Below are positions 7,966 to 16,372 of a stretch of 23,620 nucleotides of DNA, piece after piece. The notes beneath the pieces are model-generated. The model was not told the origin of the DNA, searched no databases, and saw only the letters and a program-made list of their open reading frames with translations. The stretch is from positions 1 to 23,620 of the forward strand of contig CAVEXR010000032.1 of the NCBI GenBank assembly GCA_963619585.1. The letters are read 5' to 3'. This DNA comes from Azospirillum sp. CAG:239. Lineage in GTDB: Bacteria; Bacteroidota; Bacteroidia; Bacteroidales; Paludibacteraceae. Both the position numbers and the translations under genes were made by a program. Position 1 is the first letter of the stretch; every line of letters starts with the position of its first letter.

Positions 7966-10587
7966 CTATTTATAAGCATTTATATCTTGCACCGTGATAA
8001 GGTCAACCTTGGTAGGCTTATCACTCGTGATATCGTAGTCGTATATCTTATTCACGATGTATATCTGATTACCTATTTTCCAAAATTGACTAAAATCGAA
8101 ATTGATAAAATCACTCGGCGACAATCGTACATAAGTGGTGACCTTTTTGTTTTGTATGTTGTAACGCTCATTCAAATAAGTTTGCCAAAAATTCTCAAAC
8201 ACGCCACGGCTCACTCGGCTGTAATAATCATTTTTCGCAGTGTAATTCTTTTTCGGCAATGTCCACAAGCAAGTGTGATAAATCGTTGGCAAAACCAATT
8301 CGTCTGCCATAACCAACTCAGGAGATGTCCAGTATTCCGTATTCAGCCCTACGGAATCTCTGTAATAGCAATATGTGTTGAGCAACTTTTGACATTCACT
8401 ATCGTCAGTAACCCTCACAGACCAATACCTCTCAATTTTCTTTTTTGTCGGGTAAAAATAAGCACCACTAACATCTATTGTTTTACCCCCCTCATCTCGA
8501 CATTCGAGATAGTTGTTTTTATAAATAAAGAAAGTAAGAGCATGGCTGCTATCAATAGCGCATAAAATCAAATCACCCCAATAGAGATATGCAGGAGAGT
8601 AGAGTATGGTCTCGGCTGATTTCTCAAATAAAGTGTCCGTTTCCGTATTGAAATTGTAATTTGTCATAAGCCGCTTCGCTCCGTATCGAAAACCATATAG
8701 ACTGTTATATGATTTGCCCAACAAACTTTCATTTTCAGCATAACCAAAAAGTACATACTTGCTTTCAAAAGTGATAGGCGAAATATCGAAAGTGGAAGCG
8801 TCTATTTTGCCCGTCTTGTCAATTATTGTAGAATTGACAAATAGGCAGCGGCTGAACTTCAATTTCTTGTTAACCTCATCCACAACGATGTTTATGCGAA
8901 ACCGCTTGCAGTAGTCTAAAATATTCGAGAAATCAAGTCGGCAGATATCGTTCAGCGTGAAAGTATCTTCACTGCGAAATTGCGTCTTGTAAAAAGTGGG
9001 CACTAAATCCAACGCCGAACCAAACAAATAAAAACTACTGCGAACTTGATAAAATGTATAATCATCGGCGAAAGCAAATGGCGCAAAGTCAGTACTCGTG
9101 TAATCAATCGCCTTCTTTGTCGACGCAGCATATCGATAAGTCTTCAAATAGAACTTGCAGGTAATCTTACGCCCACTACTTTCAACAGCCTTTATCGTTT
9201 TATGCAATGTGTCTGATGCAAAAAAAGAGAAATCAATATACGAAGCACCACTCGCCTTCGTTACTTTGTCAATGCCGTAGAAAGCGTCAACAGAACTTCC
9301 GAACAATAGTTCAAAACCCGCCTTCGCATATTCCGAATTATCGCAAAATCCGACATCCAAAAAGTTAGTGGCGTGCGTTTCATCCGAATAGTAAAATTTA
9401 ACAATCAAACCGCCACAGAAAGCCGTGTTGCTGTCGCTGTCTATATAGTATTTGAAGCCAAAAGGCATACTATCTGTCGAAGAACTTGTGCAACGAATTG
9501 TAAACGATGGCTTTGCGGCAACTTTCATATTGTAGCCACTTTCGGCGAAAGTAGTCGTTTCCGAAAGGCTTAAATCGATAAACATATCGCTATACTTCGT
9601 TACGGCATATTCTTTCGCTTTCACATTCAACGAATAGTCACTATCCGTTTTTGTATCTGTTGCGTAATTTTGGCTATCTCTTTGCAACAAAGCAACGCCC
9701 AACCCGTTGTAATTCTTATTGATATCGCTAAACCACTCGCTGCCCAATTCCCACGAATAGCCCGTCAATTCCTCTGCCTTTGCTTGGAATATCTGCCAAA
9801 ACATATTCCAATAGATAAACGGAATTTGCTCATACGACCGAAATTGCGACATCTGCACAGGCAATAGCCCATCGCCAATCACACTCTCTCTCGAATAGCC
9901 CGTATTTGTTTCAAAGCCCTCCCCCAATATATCCTCCATAGACTTCGTTGCGCCGCTGCTCAACTCCACCGTCTTGTGGTCAAAGTCATCCGAATAGGAG
10001 TTGTTAGGCACAAAGCCTATAATATCGGTAACATCGTAATCGCTATCTGTAACCTCTCGCAATATGTTGTCATCGTGGGTAGAGTTCCAGCAATTATAAA
10101 CGAGTTCTTTGTTAATTTCCGTATTTACATATTTAGAGCCATCTATCCAGTACTTCGCAACATCCTCCGCATCCTCATATTTCGACTTGTCAAAAGTAAT
10201 CTTTTGCAACTCCTGAAAAATCTTGCCGAGTTCGCCGTTAATTGTTACCTCGTAACCCTTATCCGTCACTTTCAGCATTTTGGCGTAACCCGTGAAAAAG
10301 ACATCATCACCCCATTGTAAGCGGCAGTCGAGTTTCTTATACGGGTCGAAATAAATACCCACAAGCGGCGTATTTTCATCCCCCGCCACGATAAGCCTAT
10401 CTGGGTTGTAACAATGCCCAAAAATAGCGTTGTTATTCTTGCTCAAAGGCACGGTAACTGTTTTCGAGTAATCGTTGCAAATAACTGTCGGGTTGCTTAA
10501 CTCCTCGAACTGCTTTGTGATAGGCACGGTAACACTTTCCAAAGTGTCCAACTCCTGCCCATCTATGAATATGCGTAATTTGCTCAT
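7966..10587 (-). CDS. Large virion (tail or baseplate-like) structural protein, 873 aa; function not assignable
   Basis: The track ORF is 7966..10629. ATG 10587 (MSKLRIFIDGQELD...) lies 1 nt after the upstream TGA. The protein is long and beta-rich, and it sits in the structural operon. Confidence 0.6.
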   Translation of the reverse strand: MSKLRIFIDGQELDTLESVTVPITKQFEELSNPTVICNDYSKTVTVPLSKNNNAIFGHCYNPDRLIVAGDENTPLVGIYFDPYKKLDCRLQWGDDVFFTGYAKMLKVTDKGYEVTINGELGKIFQELQKITFDKSKYEDAEDVAKYWIDGSKYVNTEINKELVYNCWNSTHDDNILREVTDSDYDVTDIIGFVPNNSYSDDFDHKTVELSSGATKSMEDILGEGFETNTGYSRESVIGDGLLPVQMSQFRSYEQIPFIYWNMFWQIFQAKAEELTGYSWELGSEWFSDINKNYNGLGVALLQRDSQNYATDTKTDSDYSLNVKAKEYAVTKYSDMFIDLSLSETTTFAESGYNMKVAAKPSFTIRCTSSSTDSMPFGFKYYIDSDSNTAFCGGLIVKFYYSDETHATNFLDVGFCDNSEYAKAGFELLFGSSVDAFYGIDKVTKASGASYIDFSFFASDTLHKTIKAVESSGRKITCKFYLKTYRYAASTKKAIDYTSTDFAPFAFADDYTFYQVRSSFYLFGSALDLVPTFYKTQFRSEDTFTLNDICRLDFSNILDYCKRFRINIVVDEVNKKLKFSRCLFVNSTIIDKTGKIDASTFDISPITFESKYVLFGYAENESLLGKSYNSLYGFRYGAKRLMTNYNFNTETDTLFEKSAETILYSPAYLYWGDLILCAIDSSHALTFFIYKNNYLECRDEGGKTIDVSGAYFYPTKKKIERYWSVRVTDDSECQKLLNTYCYYRDSVGLNTEYWTSPELVMADELVLPTIYHTCLWTLPKKNYTAKNDYYSRVSRGVFENFWQTYLNERYNIQNKKVTTYVRLSPSDFINFDFSQFWKIGNQIYIVNKIYDYDITSDKPTKVDLITVQDINAYK

Positions 10588-10588
10588 T

Positions 10589-12691
10589 TCAATACAAAAT
10601 TCCCTGCGTCTCGACCTGCTCGACCTCAACGCTCAAATTAAACAATCGCCGCCCCTGATTTTCAAAGGTCTTCTCCGTATAGGCTCTATCTTTCAAAATA
10701 ACCTCGTAGCAAGCATTTTCGTCTGCGTTGTATAGTTTTACCCATGGCGACACAAATAGGCTCTCGTATGCCCTATATTCGTCGTCTGTGAGCCAACCAC
10801 TATTCAACTTCCACTTTGGCTGCACCTCCACTTTATATAACGACCGCTTGCCGTAATAATTCGTAATCTCCGAACCCGTTACCTCTTCGCTGTAAGTGCT
10901 GACCATCTCGAACGGCTGACACTGACCGCTCCCGAGCCTATCTTGCCAAAGCAGGAAGTAACCCTTTGGGCAGACCGCCCTACCTATCAAAATAGAATTA
11001 TCCGTGCAAGCCGCAGCGTCTGTAACAATAGAACCGACAGCCCCGCTGATACTGACCTCGATGGAACTCATCACAGCCAAGTCAACTGCCCCACCCTCGT
11101 CATCCGTGTAGCCGACTTTGAGCCAACCACGACGCAAGATGTTATCGACATCTTTATATGTTATATAAACAACATCGGAAGCCGTGTTCGGCGTGGCGGC
11201 ATAGACACCATCACTACCTGTCAAATCAATTCGACTACCCTCTTCCGACATCCATAACGCCCAACATGGCTTCGAAGCATTAGGAGTGTAAGCAGCCGTG
11301 AATTTACGAGCCGCCGTCTTGACTATATCACCGCCACACTCTATGCCTGCGAACTCAACAGAGCCGCCAATCGTGTAGCGGTCATCGCCGTAAAGCCGCA
11401 TATCGTCAATTATCTCGTTAGCATTACCTGTCAAAGTTATCTGCACATCGTATGTAATAGCCGAAAAAACAAACGCCAAAGTCTTGTTACTGATAGTCAT
11501 CGAACATAGAACACTCGTCTGCCCTTGCGAATAATAGAAAGTAGGAATAGTCAAAGTCGTAGAGCCACTTGCTGTATTTACCACAAAAATAGCCGAATTG
11601 ACATTGCCCGCCGAACTCTGTTGATATGTAAACGAATTACTGCCCGTTGTGTAATCTTCTTCGATAACATAATCACCTGCGCTATTTATGTAACGAACGC
11701 TAACAGAGGTTATCGCCGCAATTGCAACGAAAGCATAACCCGACGAACTTGCTATGCAGCCGTCTATCGGCTGACGAGACGGCGTATACCTCGTCTCATT
11801 AGAATTGACACTCACTTCCCATATCTCGCTCATCTGCACGGCTGACGCAGCCGCCATTTCGAAACCAAAATTACCCTCTTTCGTGGCGAAAGTCAAACTG
11901 GAAAGAGCCAACCCGTTAGCCGTTGCTTGAGGAACGCCCGTCTGCGTTTGCGAAAAAGTGAAAGGCACGGAAGAAATGGACTGCGAACTGCTTTCGCCGT
12001 TTGCAAAATTCTCTATATTAACGCTTGCTACATTATTCAGCGTTGCGGAAAAAATAATCGATTTACCAAAAGACTTGCACCAACTTCCGCCACTTACGAA
12101 CCCGCTATAAGGCGCATAAGACTTGCCCGCAATATCTGAAAGGGTCCTGCGAACCCTTAACCATTGCTTATTTATATTATCTATTTTCTCACCATACCCG
12201 AAATGCGTAATATCGCCTTCGTTCCCGCAAAATAGGTAATTCAACTCCAACTTATCTGTAACCAATTTCGGGTAACGAGGCAACAACGAACCATGGCGCA
12301 CGGCAACATCGCCGACCGCTCCAACTCTTAACGCTCCACTCTGGCATGCATTCAAATCACCGTCAACCAATGACATATCCAACGCCTTTGCGTTTGAATA
12401 TCTGTAAATAGGCACGATAAAATCCGAATATCCTTCTGGCTCTCCTGCGCTAAATTTGATATAAACAACAAGCCGCACAATCTTATCAATAGATGCACAG
12501 TAGTTGCGGGCAATATCTGTTATATCTACTGTTACCTCATATTGATTCTTTTCGAGATATAAATTCCCGACAAAAATAGTTGCAGAAGATTCGTTGTCAA
12601 AAATAGCATATTGGTATAAACCCGCTGCATGCTCACCAACCCAACTAAAATCCTCTACCGTTACTCTTATTCTTTCGTCTAAATACTTCAT
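10589..12691 (-). CDS. Large virion (tail-like) structural protein, 700 aa; function not assignable
   Basis: Complete ORF with ATG 12691. The protein is Ser/Thr/Gly-rich and beta-type. I recognised no catalytic motif. Confidence 0.6.
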   Translation of the reverse strand: MKYLDERIRVTVEDFSWVGEHAAGLYQYAIFDNESSATIFVGNLYLEKNQYEVTVDITDIARNYCASIDKIVRLVVYIKFSAGEPEGYSDFIVPIYRYSNAKALDMSLVDGDLNACQSGALRVGAVGDVAVRHGSLLPRYPKLVTDKLELNYLFCGNEGDITHFGYGEKIDNINKQWLRVRRTLSDIAGKSYAPYSGFVSGGSWCKSFGKSIIFSATLNNVASVNIENFANGESSSQSISSVPFTFSQTQTGVPQATANGLALSSLTFATKEGNFGFEMAAASAVQMSEIWEVSVNSNETRYTPSRQPIDGCIASSSGYAFVAIAAITSVSVRYINSAGDYVIEEDYTTGSNSFTYQQSSAGNVNSAIFVVNTASGSTTLTIPTFYYSQGQTSVLCSMTISNKTLAFVFSAITYDVQITLTGNANEIIDDMRLYGDDRYTIGGSVEFAGIECGGDIVKTAARKFTAAYTPNASKPCWALWMSEEGSRIDLTGSDGVYAATPNTASDVVYITYKDVDNILRRGWLKVGYTDDEGGAVDLAVMSSIEVSISGAVGSIVTDAAACTDNSILIGRAVCPKGYFLLWQDRLGSGQCQPFEMVSTYSEEVTGSEITNYYGKRSLYKVEVQPKWKLNSGWLTDDEYRAYESLFVSPWVKLYNADENACYEVILKDRAYTEKTFENQGRRLFNLSVEVEQVETQGILY

Positions 12692-12987
12692 CGCCTACGC
12701 ATTCTTTTAATTAATTTATCGTATTCTTCTTTTTGCTTTTTATCAAGCAAAATTCCGTAACTCGCTATATATAAAATCAATCGCACGGGAGTCTTGTAAG
12801 CGTCTGTGAGCCGCTCGTTGCCCTCTTTGCAATATCGCAAAATTATAGGCAATATGCCGAACTCTGCAAGCCCGCCCCCTCGATGAGTGCTGCGAGCATC
12901 TTCATCTTCGGGTCGCTCCGCAACACCTCCGCCGAAGACGAGAGGGTAGCATTTAACAATATCACTAATTGATTTTTGAAAAAAAAA
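12688..12987 (-). CDS. -1 frame extension, 96 codons past the U9 run; candidate frameshift product of gene 12843..13466
   Basis: By hand translation the -1 frame is open from 13038 to 12691. Its TGA (12690-12688) overlaps the ATG of the next gene. Plus-strand A9 at 12979-12987 gives U9 in the mRNA. Details are in the findings. Confidence 0.45.
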   Translation of the reverse strand, partial: FFFQKSISDIVKCYPLVFGGGVAERPEDEDARSTHRGGGLAEFGILPIILRYCKEGNERLTDAYKTPVRLILYIASYGILLDKKQKEEYDKLIKRMRRR

Positions 12988-13466
12988 GCAATCGTAAGAG
13001 CCTGCACAATCGGCATAGCCTTTATATCTGCCTTTACCTCATCTATCGAATAGCCGTCGTTGTAGTCGTGTCCAACGGGGCGCAAACAAACACTTAACGC
13101 CCCAACAAAGTCCTCTGCTTTCGTGTAGTTTTGAAAGTCCACGAACTGCGCCGTTGTCATCCGTGTCGTGTCAAAATTGGCGGCGTACTTCCTCCCATTC
13201 AACACATACTCGCTGCGGATGGGCGACCGCTTCGGCTCCTCTTTCAGGAACTCCAACGAATAACGACCGACCGCCGATACAGGCACCTCCCGTATATCAA
13301 CGCCGTACACAATTCGCAACCCCTCTGCAAGCGTCAATTTATCACCGGCCGCCACAAGTTCCAAGTACTGCCCAACGGTGATATCTCGCCACCCTTTACG
13401 CTTTATCATAAGGCGAGCGCCAAAAACTCTGCGCCACAACCCTTTCAATTTGTCTACCAAGTTCAT
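12843..13466 (-). CDS. Hypothetical virion-assembly protein, 207 aa (0-frame short form); possible tail-assembly-chaperone analogue
   Basis: Complete ORF. ATG 13466 overlaps the upstream gene by 71 nt. The alternative ATG 13409 (MIKRKGWRD...) overlaps it by 14 nt. I recognised no enzymatic motif. The chaperone idea rests only on the frameshift architecture. Confidence 0.5.
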   Translation of the reverse strand: MNLVDKLKGLWRRVFGARLMIKRKGWRDITVGQYLELVAAGDKLTLAEGLRIVYGVDIREVPVSAVGRYSLEFLKEEPKRSPIRSEYVLNGRKYAANFDTTRMTTAQFVDFQNYTKAEDFVGALSVCLRPVGHDYNDGYSIDEVKADIKAMPIVQALTIAFFFKNQLVILLNATLSSSAEVLRSDPKMKMLAALIEGAGLQSSAYCL

Positions 13467-13887
13467 TCTGTATAGTCTGTTTTAGTTTGTTTACAAAATC
13501 AAAATCTTTCAGTATATCCTCCAAAATATGCGTTGCGGGCGTACCCTCTCTCGAAATCTTGCGGGCTATCAAAAACGCCAACTGCCTCTCCGTAGGTAAC
13601 TTGCCATTACCCATCGGGCGAGGCAACACAGGCTTTATTCTCACCCACTCCAATATCTTATCAACGGGCGGGAAATGCGGCTGCGTGCCGTTGTTTAGAT
13701 ATTTAGCGTATGCCTCACCGTCAATAGTAACGGTCACGCTGTCATCGTGTAGCCACACTTTGGCGCTGAGGCTATCATTTAGCCGACCACTCGCAAAATG
13801 CCCGCTGTCAATAACCTGCTGACGGTAGGCGGTGACAAAATCATTAGCCACCTTCTCAATCGCCGATATATCCAAAGTATTCTCCAT
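13396..13887 (-). CDS. HK97 gp10-like neck / head-tail joining protein, 163 aa
   Basis: The segment ASGRLNDSLSAKVWLHDDSVTVTIDGEAYAKYLNNGTQPH follows the gp10-family pattern (tG.L..S ... v ... YA.y.e.Gt). It follows TerL across an 18-nt AT-rich gap. Confidence 0.45.
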   Translation of the reverse strand: MENTLDISAIEKVANDFVTAYRQQVIDSGHFASGRLNDSLSAKVWLHDDSVTVTIDGEAYAKYLNNGTQPHFPPVDKILEWVRIKPVLPRPMGNGKLPTERQLAFLIARKISREGTPATHILEDILKDFDFVNKLKQTIQNELGRQIERVVAQSFWRSPYDKA

Positions 13888-13905
13888 CCTACAAGTATAT
13901 ATAAA

Positions 13906-15150
13906 TTATGCCACATCTATATACATACGGTCAACACAAAAGCATAACGACATCACCCTGTCGTCGTGATACCCGTTTGGCGCATTATAAACGGGCAAGC
14001 CGCTTGCGTTTATCTCGCAGGCGTACATCTCCAACTCGTTCATTAATCGTGGCTCATTCGGCAAAATAATTCGCCCACGCTCAAAAAGCGAAATTACCTG
14101 CTTTACAATTCTATCTTTGCTTTTGTTTGTCGTATTAAAACTCGAAAGCCGAACCTCCTCAGGCAATGCCTCGTTGAGCAATTGCAGATACACCTGCCCT
14201 ATGCTGTTTTTCTCCACGACCACCTCCACCTCCTGCTTGTCGAATTTATCGTAACCAACCAAATCACGAGCCAAATCTGCAATCACCCGCACGGTTTCCG
14301 TGGCGTTCTTGTCATTAAACGCCACTTGCCTCGAAATGCACACCTTACCCTCCCATACTTGCCCAATAGTGATTACCGTGTAGTCGCTACCCGTTCCAGT
14401 TCCCCAGTCCACGCCGACAATCGTCGGCACTCCTTTGTGCAACTCGTAAACGCCAATGCACTTTTTGAAGTCGGTAAAAACCGCCCCATCGCCGTCTATA
14501 AACTCCGCCAAAAACTCCGATTGAAACGCCAAACGAGGCATTTGCTGCCGATATAACTCCAAAGTGTCGGCAGGCAAGTACTTGCTTGTATCGTACTCGT
14601 TCCAATCGTACGACCAAATTTTGCCGCAACCCTCTTGCCCTTTCAAATACAAATCATAGAAAAAGCCCCGCTTGAACTTTGGGGTTGATACGATAAATAT
14701 ATCGCTATGGAATACATTTGTAGTCGGCACAAGTATTTGATAAAATACATCGTCTGAGCAATAAGCCGCCTCGTCGATGATAAGAACCCCGCTGCCTTTT
14801 ATCGTGTAACCACGCAGGCTATCTGCTTGCTGACTACTGCCGAACTTCACCACAGAGCCATTCATAAATACTATTTCCAAAATAGACGCATTCGCAGACT
14901 TGATAACGGCATGCCCTATCCGCTGCACATCAAGAAACACTTTTCTCGCCTGCTGAATTACAGGCGCGACAAACAGGCTAAACGAATTGCCCAAGCCCAA
15001 ACTTGCAGCAATAAGCAGCCCCTCCATCGCTACCGACTTGCCACACTGCCGCTTCGCCTTAACGACGAACCAAGCGTCATTCTGCCGCAACTCGTATGCA
15101 CGGAATAAATCACGCTGCCACACTTCCAAAGGAAACATCCGAACTTCCAT
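13906..15150 (-). CDS. terL: Terminase large subunit, 414 aa
   Basis: Walker A-like KAKRQCGKS, Walker B-like VLIIDEAAY, and a C-terminal RNase-H-like nuclease segment (IVGVDWGTGTGSDYTVITIG). The ATG shares one nucleotide with the TerS stop (TAATG). Confidence 0.85.
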   Translation of the reverse strand: MEVRMFPLEVWQRDLFRAYELRQNDAWFVVKAKRQCGKSVAMEGLLIAASLGLGNSFSLFVAPVIQQARKVFLDVQRIGHAVIKSANASILEIVFMNGSVVKFGSSQQADSLRGYTIKGSGVLIIDEAAYCSDDVFYQILVPTTNVFHSDIFIVSTPKFKRGFFYDLYLKGQEGCGKIWSYDWNEYDTSKYLPADTLELYRQQMPRLAFQSEFLAEFIDGDGAVFTDFKKCIGVYELHKGVPTIVGVDWGTGTGSDYTVITIGQVWEGKVCISRQVAFNDKNATETVRVIADLARDLVGYDKFDKQEVEVVVEKNSIGQVYLQLLNEALPEEVRLSSFNTTNKSKDRIVKQVISLFERGRIILPNEPRLMNELEMYACEINASGLPVYNAPNGYHDDRVMSLCFCVDRMYIDVA

Positions 15151-15596
15151 TAGTCTATGCGCAATTGAATTATCGTATCTTTACTTTCGATTCGCTGCTC
15201 AATCTTTGCCGAGTTGTCGAGAGCCGCCCTCTCCTCAGGCGTAGCCAATAACTTGTACAACGCTATATCTGTCGTTGGATTATTGCCCTCAAACCACTTC
15301 TTGCGTAGGCGGGCTTTGACGGCGGTACGATTCGCCGAAATAGCCGCCATAATCTGCACATCCGCCTCGCTATCTTTCGGAAAGTAATTACGCAGGCACT
15401 CCGTTGAGCAATCGAGCGCAAGGCATAAATCGGCTATAAATACAATCGAATTATTTGCCCTTATGATTTCGAGCGTTTTTTCGAGTTCGAGATTTTTCTT
15501 GTGCCAAGCCCCTTTCGGCTGCTTGAGCGCCGCTTTCGCCTCCCTCTCCGCCGCCCGTTGGAACTTGCTTTTCAACACTTTTGTGGGTTTTGTCAT
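15150..15596 (-). CDS. Terminase small subunit-like protein, 148 aa
   Basis: It lies immediately upstream of TerL. It has a basic N-terminus, an HTH-like segment (IADLCLALDCSTECLRNYF) and an NPTTDIALYKLLATPEE segment typical of TerS proteins. Confidence 0.55.
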   Translation of the reverse strand: MTKPTKVLKSKFQRAAEREAKAALKQPKGAWHKKNLELEKTLEIIRANNSIVFIADLCLALDCSTECLRNYFPKDSEADVQIMAAISANRTAVKARLRKKWFEGNNPTTDIALYKLLATPEERAALDNSAKIEQRIESKDTIIQLRID

Positions 15597-15798
15597 AAAT
15601 CAAAAATTCTTGATACAGCCGTGAAGTGGCGTTCAACACTCCACTATTGCAATGACACAGCGAAATACCACGCCCTTTCATTTCACCAAGCACCAGCTCT
15701 CGGAAAGCAATCGGCACATTCGAGCAAGCAGAGTTAATCACCATCGCCCGCATCATCTCCCGATACGGCTGCAATTTGTTATACAATTCTTCCGTCAT
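15451..15798 (-). CDS. Hypothetical protein, 115 aa as drawn; the last ~49 codons overlap TerS out of frame
   Basis: The ATG at 15798 forms an ATGA overlap with the upstream stop. The N-terminal ~66 aa look protein-like. The tail is low-complexity (GGGEGGESGAQAAERGLAQEKSRTRKNARNHKGK). Confidence 0.45.
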   Translation of the reverse strand: MTEELYNKLQPYREMMRAMVINSACSNVPIAFRELVLGEMKGRGISLCHCNSGVLNATSRLYQEFLIYDKTHKSVEKQVPTGGGEGGESGAQAAERGLAQEKSRTRKNARNHKGK

Positions 15799-16112
15799 AG
15801 TCTATCGTCAAAATAGGTAAGCACCCGCATAATCAATTTGTCGAGCACCTCTAAAATATAATATAAATACTTCGCAAGCCACGCCATCACGAACGACAGC
15901 CAAAACAACTCCGGGGAATACCCAATCATGATAAACAGAGTAACCCAAAAAGTCATACAAGTATTGCAGCCAAGCGGCTTGCGTAACTCAACCCGCACAT
16001 CTCGCCCGGATAACGCTGACCACAACCAACTCGCAATGCCGTTCGGGGCGTCGAGCCAATAAATTATAGCAATACAAAGCGTTGCTATTCCCGCTGCATA
16101 AATTCCTTGCAT
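15795..16112 (-). CDS. Small integral membrane protein, 105 aa, with a CxxCxxxW motif (DUF1360-like pattern)
   Basis: There are three hydrophobic segments (GIATLCIAIIYWL, CMTFWVTLFIMIGY, LFWLSFVMAWLAKYLYYIL). The motif reads LGCNTCMTFW. Confidence 0.5.
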   Translation of the reverse strand: MQGIYAAGIATLCIAIIYWLDAPNGIASWLWSALSGRDVRVELRKPLGCNTCMTFWVTLFIMIGYSPELFWLSFVMAWLAKYLYYILEVLDKLIMRVLTYFDDRL

Positions 16113-16372
16113 AGGCTCTTATATCTATTATCAATAAACCTCCTGCTCACTTGCAGCAAACGGGCACATTCTGTAACACTCCCCGTGGCACATAAATACC
16201 ATATATCTCTATCAACACTCCCCCACCTCTGATAAGCCACCCGGAACCGCTCCACCACCTCCGCCTGCCGGTCGTCAAGTTCCACGCCAGCCGACATCCA
16301 AGCCACCGCCTCGTCACGCCCGGCAAGCGCTTCTTTCAACTCCCTATTCCGCTGCCGCTCACTCCACCTCAT
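16085..16372 (-). CDS. Sigma-70 region-4-like HTH protein, 95 aa
   Basis: The track start at 16396 is a TTG. ATG 16372 (MRWSERQRN...) overlaps the upstream stop by 14 nt. The segment LDDRQAEVVERF...YLCATGSVTECARLLQVSRRFIDNRYKSLCKEF resembles the region-4 HTH. Confidence 0.4.
   Translation of the reverse strand: MRWSERQRNRELKEALAGRDEAVAWMSAGVELDDRQAEVVERFRVAYQRWGSVDRDIWYLCATGSVTECARLLQVSRRFIDNRYKSLCKEFMQRE

Noticed and set aside
10588-10629. N-terminal extensions of track ORFs (also 3223..3291, 3509..3568, 4148..4174, 5141..5149, 16373..16396, 16677..16757, 17358..17444, 21996..22070, 22837..22875, 23052..23132)
   Set aside because: Most of the extensions I checked begin at TTG or GTG. They overlap the preceding gene or run through terminators, hairpin elements or AT-rich motifs. 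An in-frame ATG sits within 1-5 nt of the upstream stop at most of these junctions (the others follow a regulatory gap or overlap the stop by 14 nt), which matches the compact operon pattern.
1-12691. Diversity-generating retroelement acting on the repeat adhesin or the large tail proteins
   Set aside because: I recognised no reverse transcriptase ORF in the window and no template/variable repeat pair with adenine-specific mismatches. The repeat variation at 1-254 is not A-biased.
12900-12935. Stimulatory hairpin for the proposed frameshift (ccctctcgtcttcggcggagg)
   Set aside because: Only about 6 base pairs can be drawn, and they have a bulge. The structure also lies about 35 nt downstream of the U-run rather than the usual 5-9 nt. 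It does not count as supporting evidence.
15795-16112. Holin assignment for the 105-aa three-TM protein
   Set aside because: No endolysin or spanin gene is adjacent, and the gene sits upstream of the terminase rather than in a lysis cassette. The CxxCxxxW motif points to a different membrane-protein family. I therefore kept it as a generic membrane protein.
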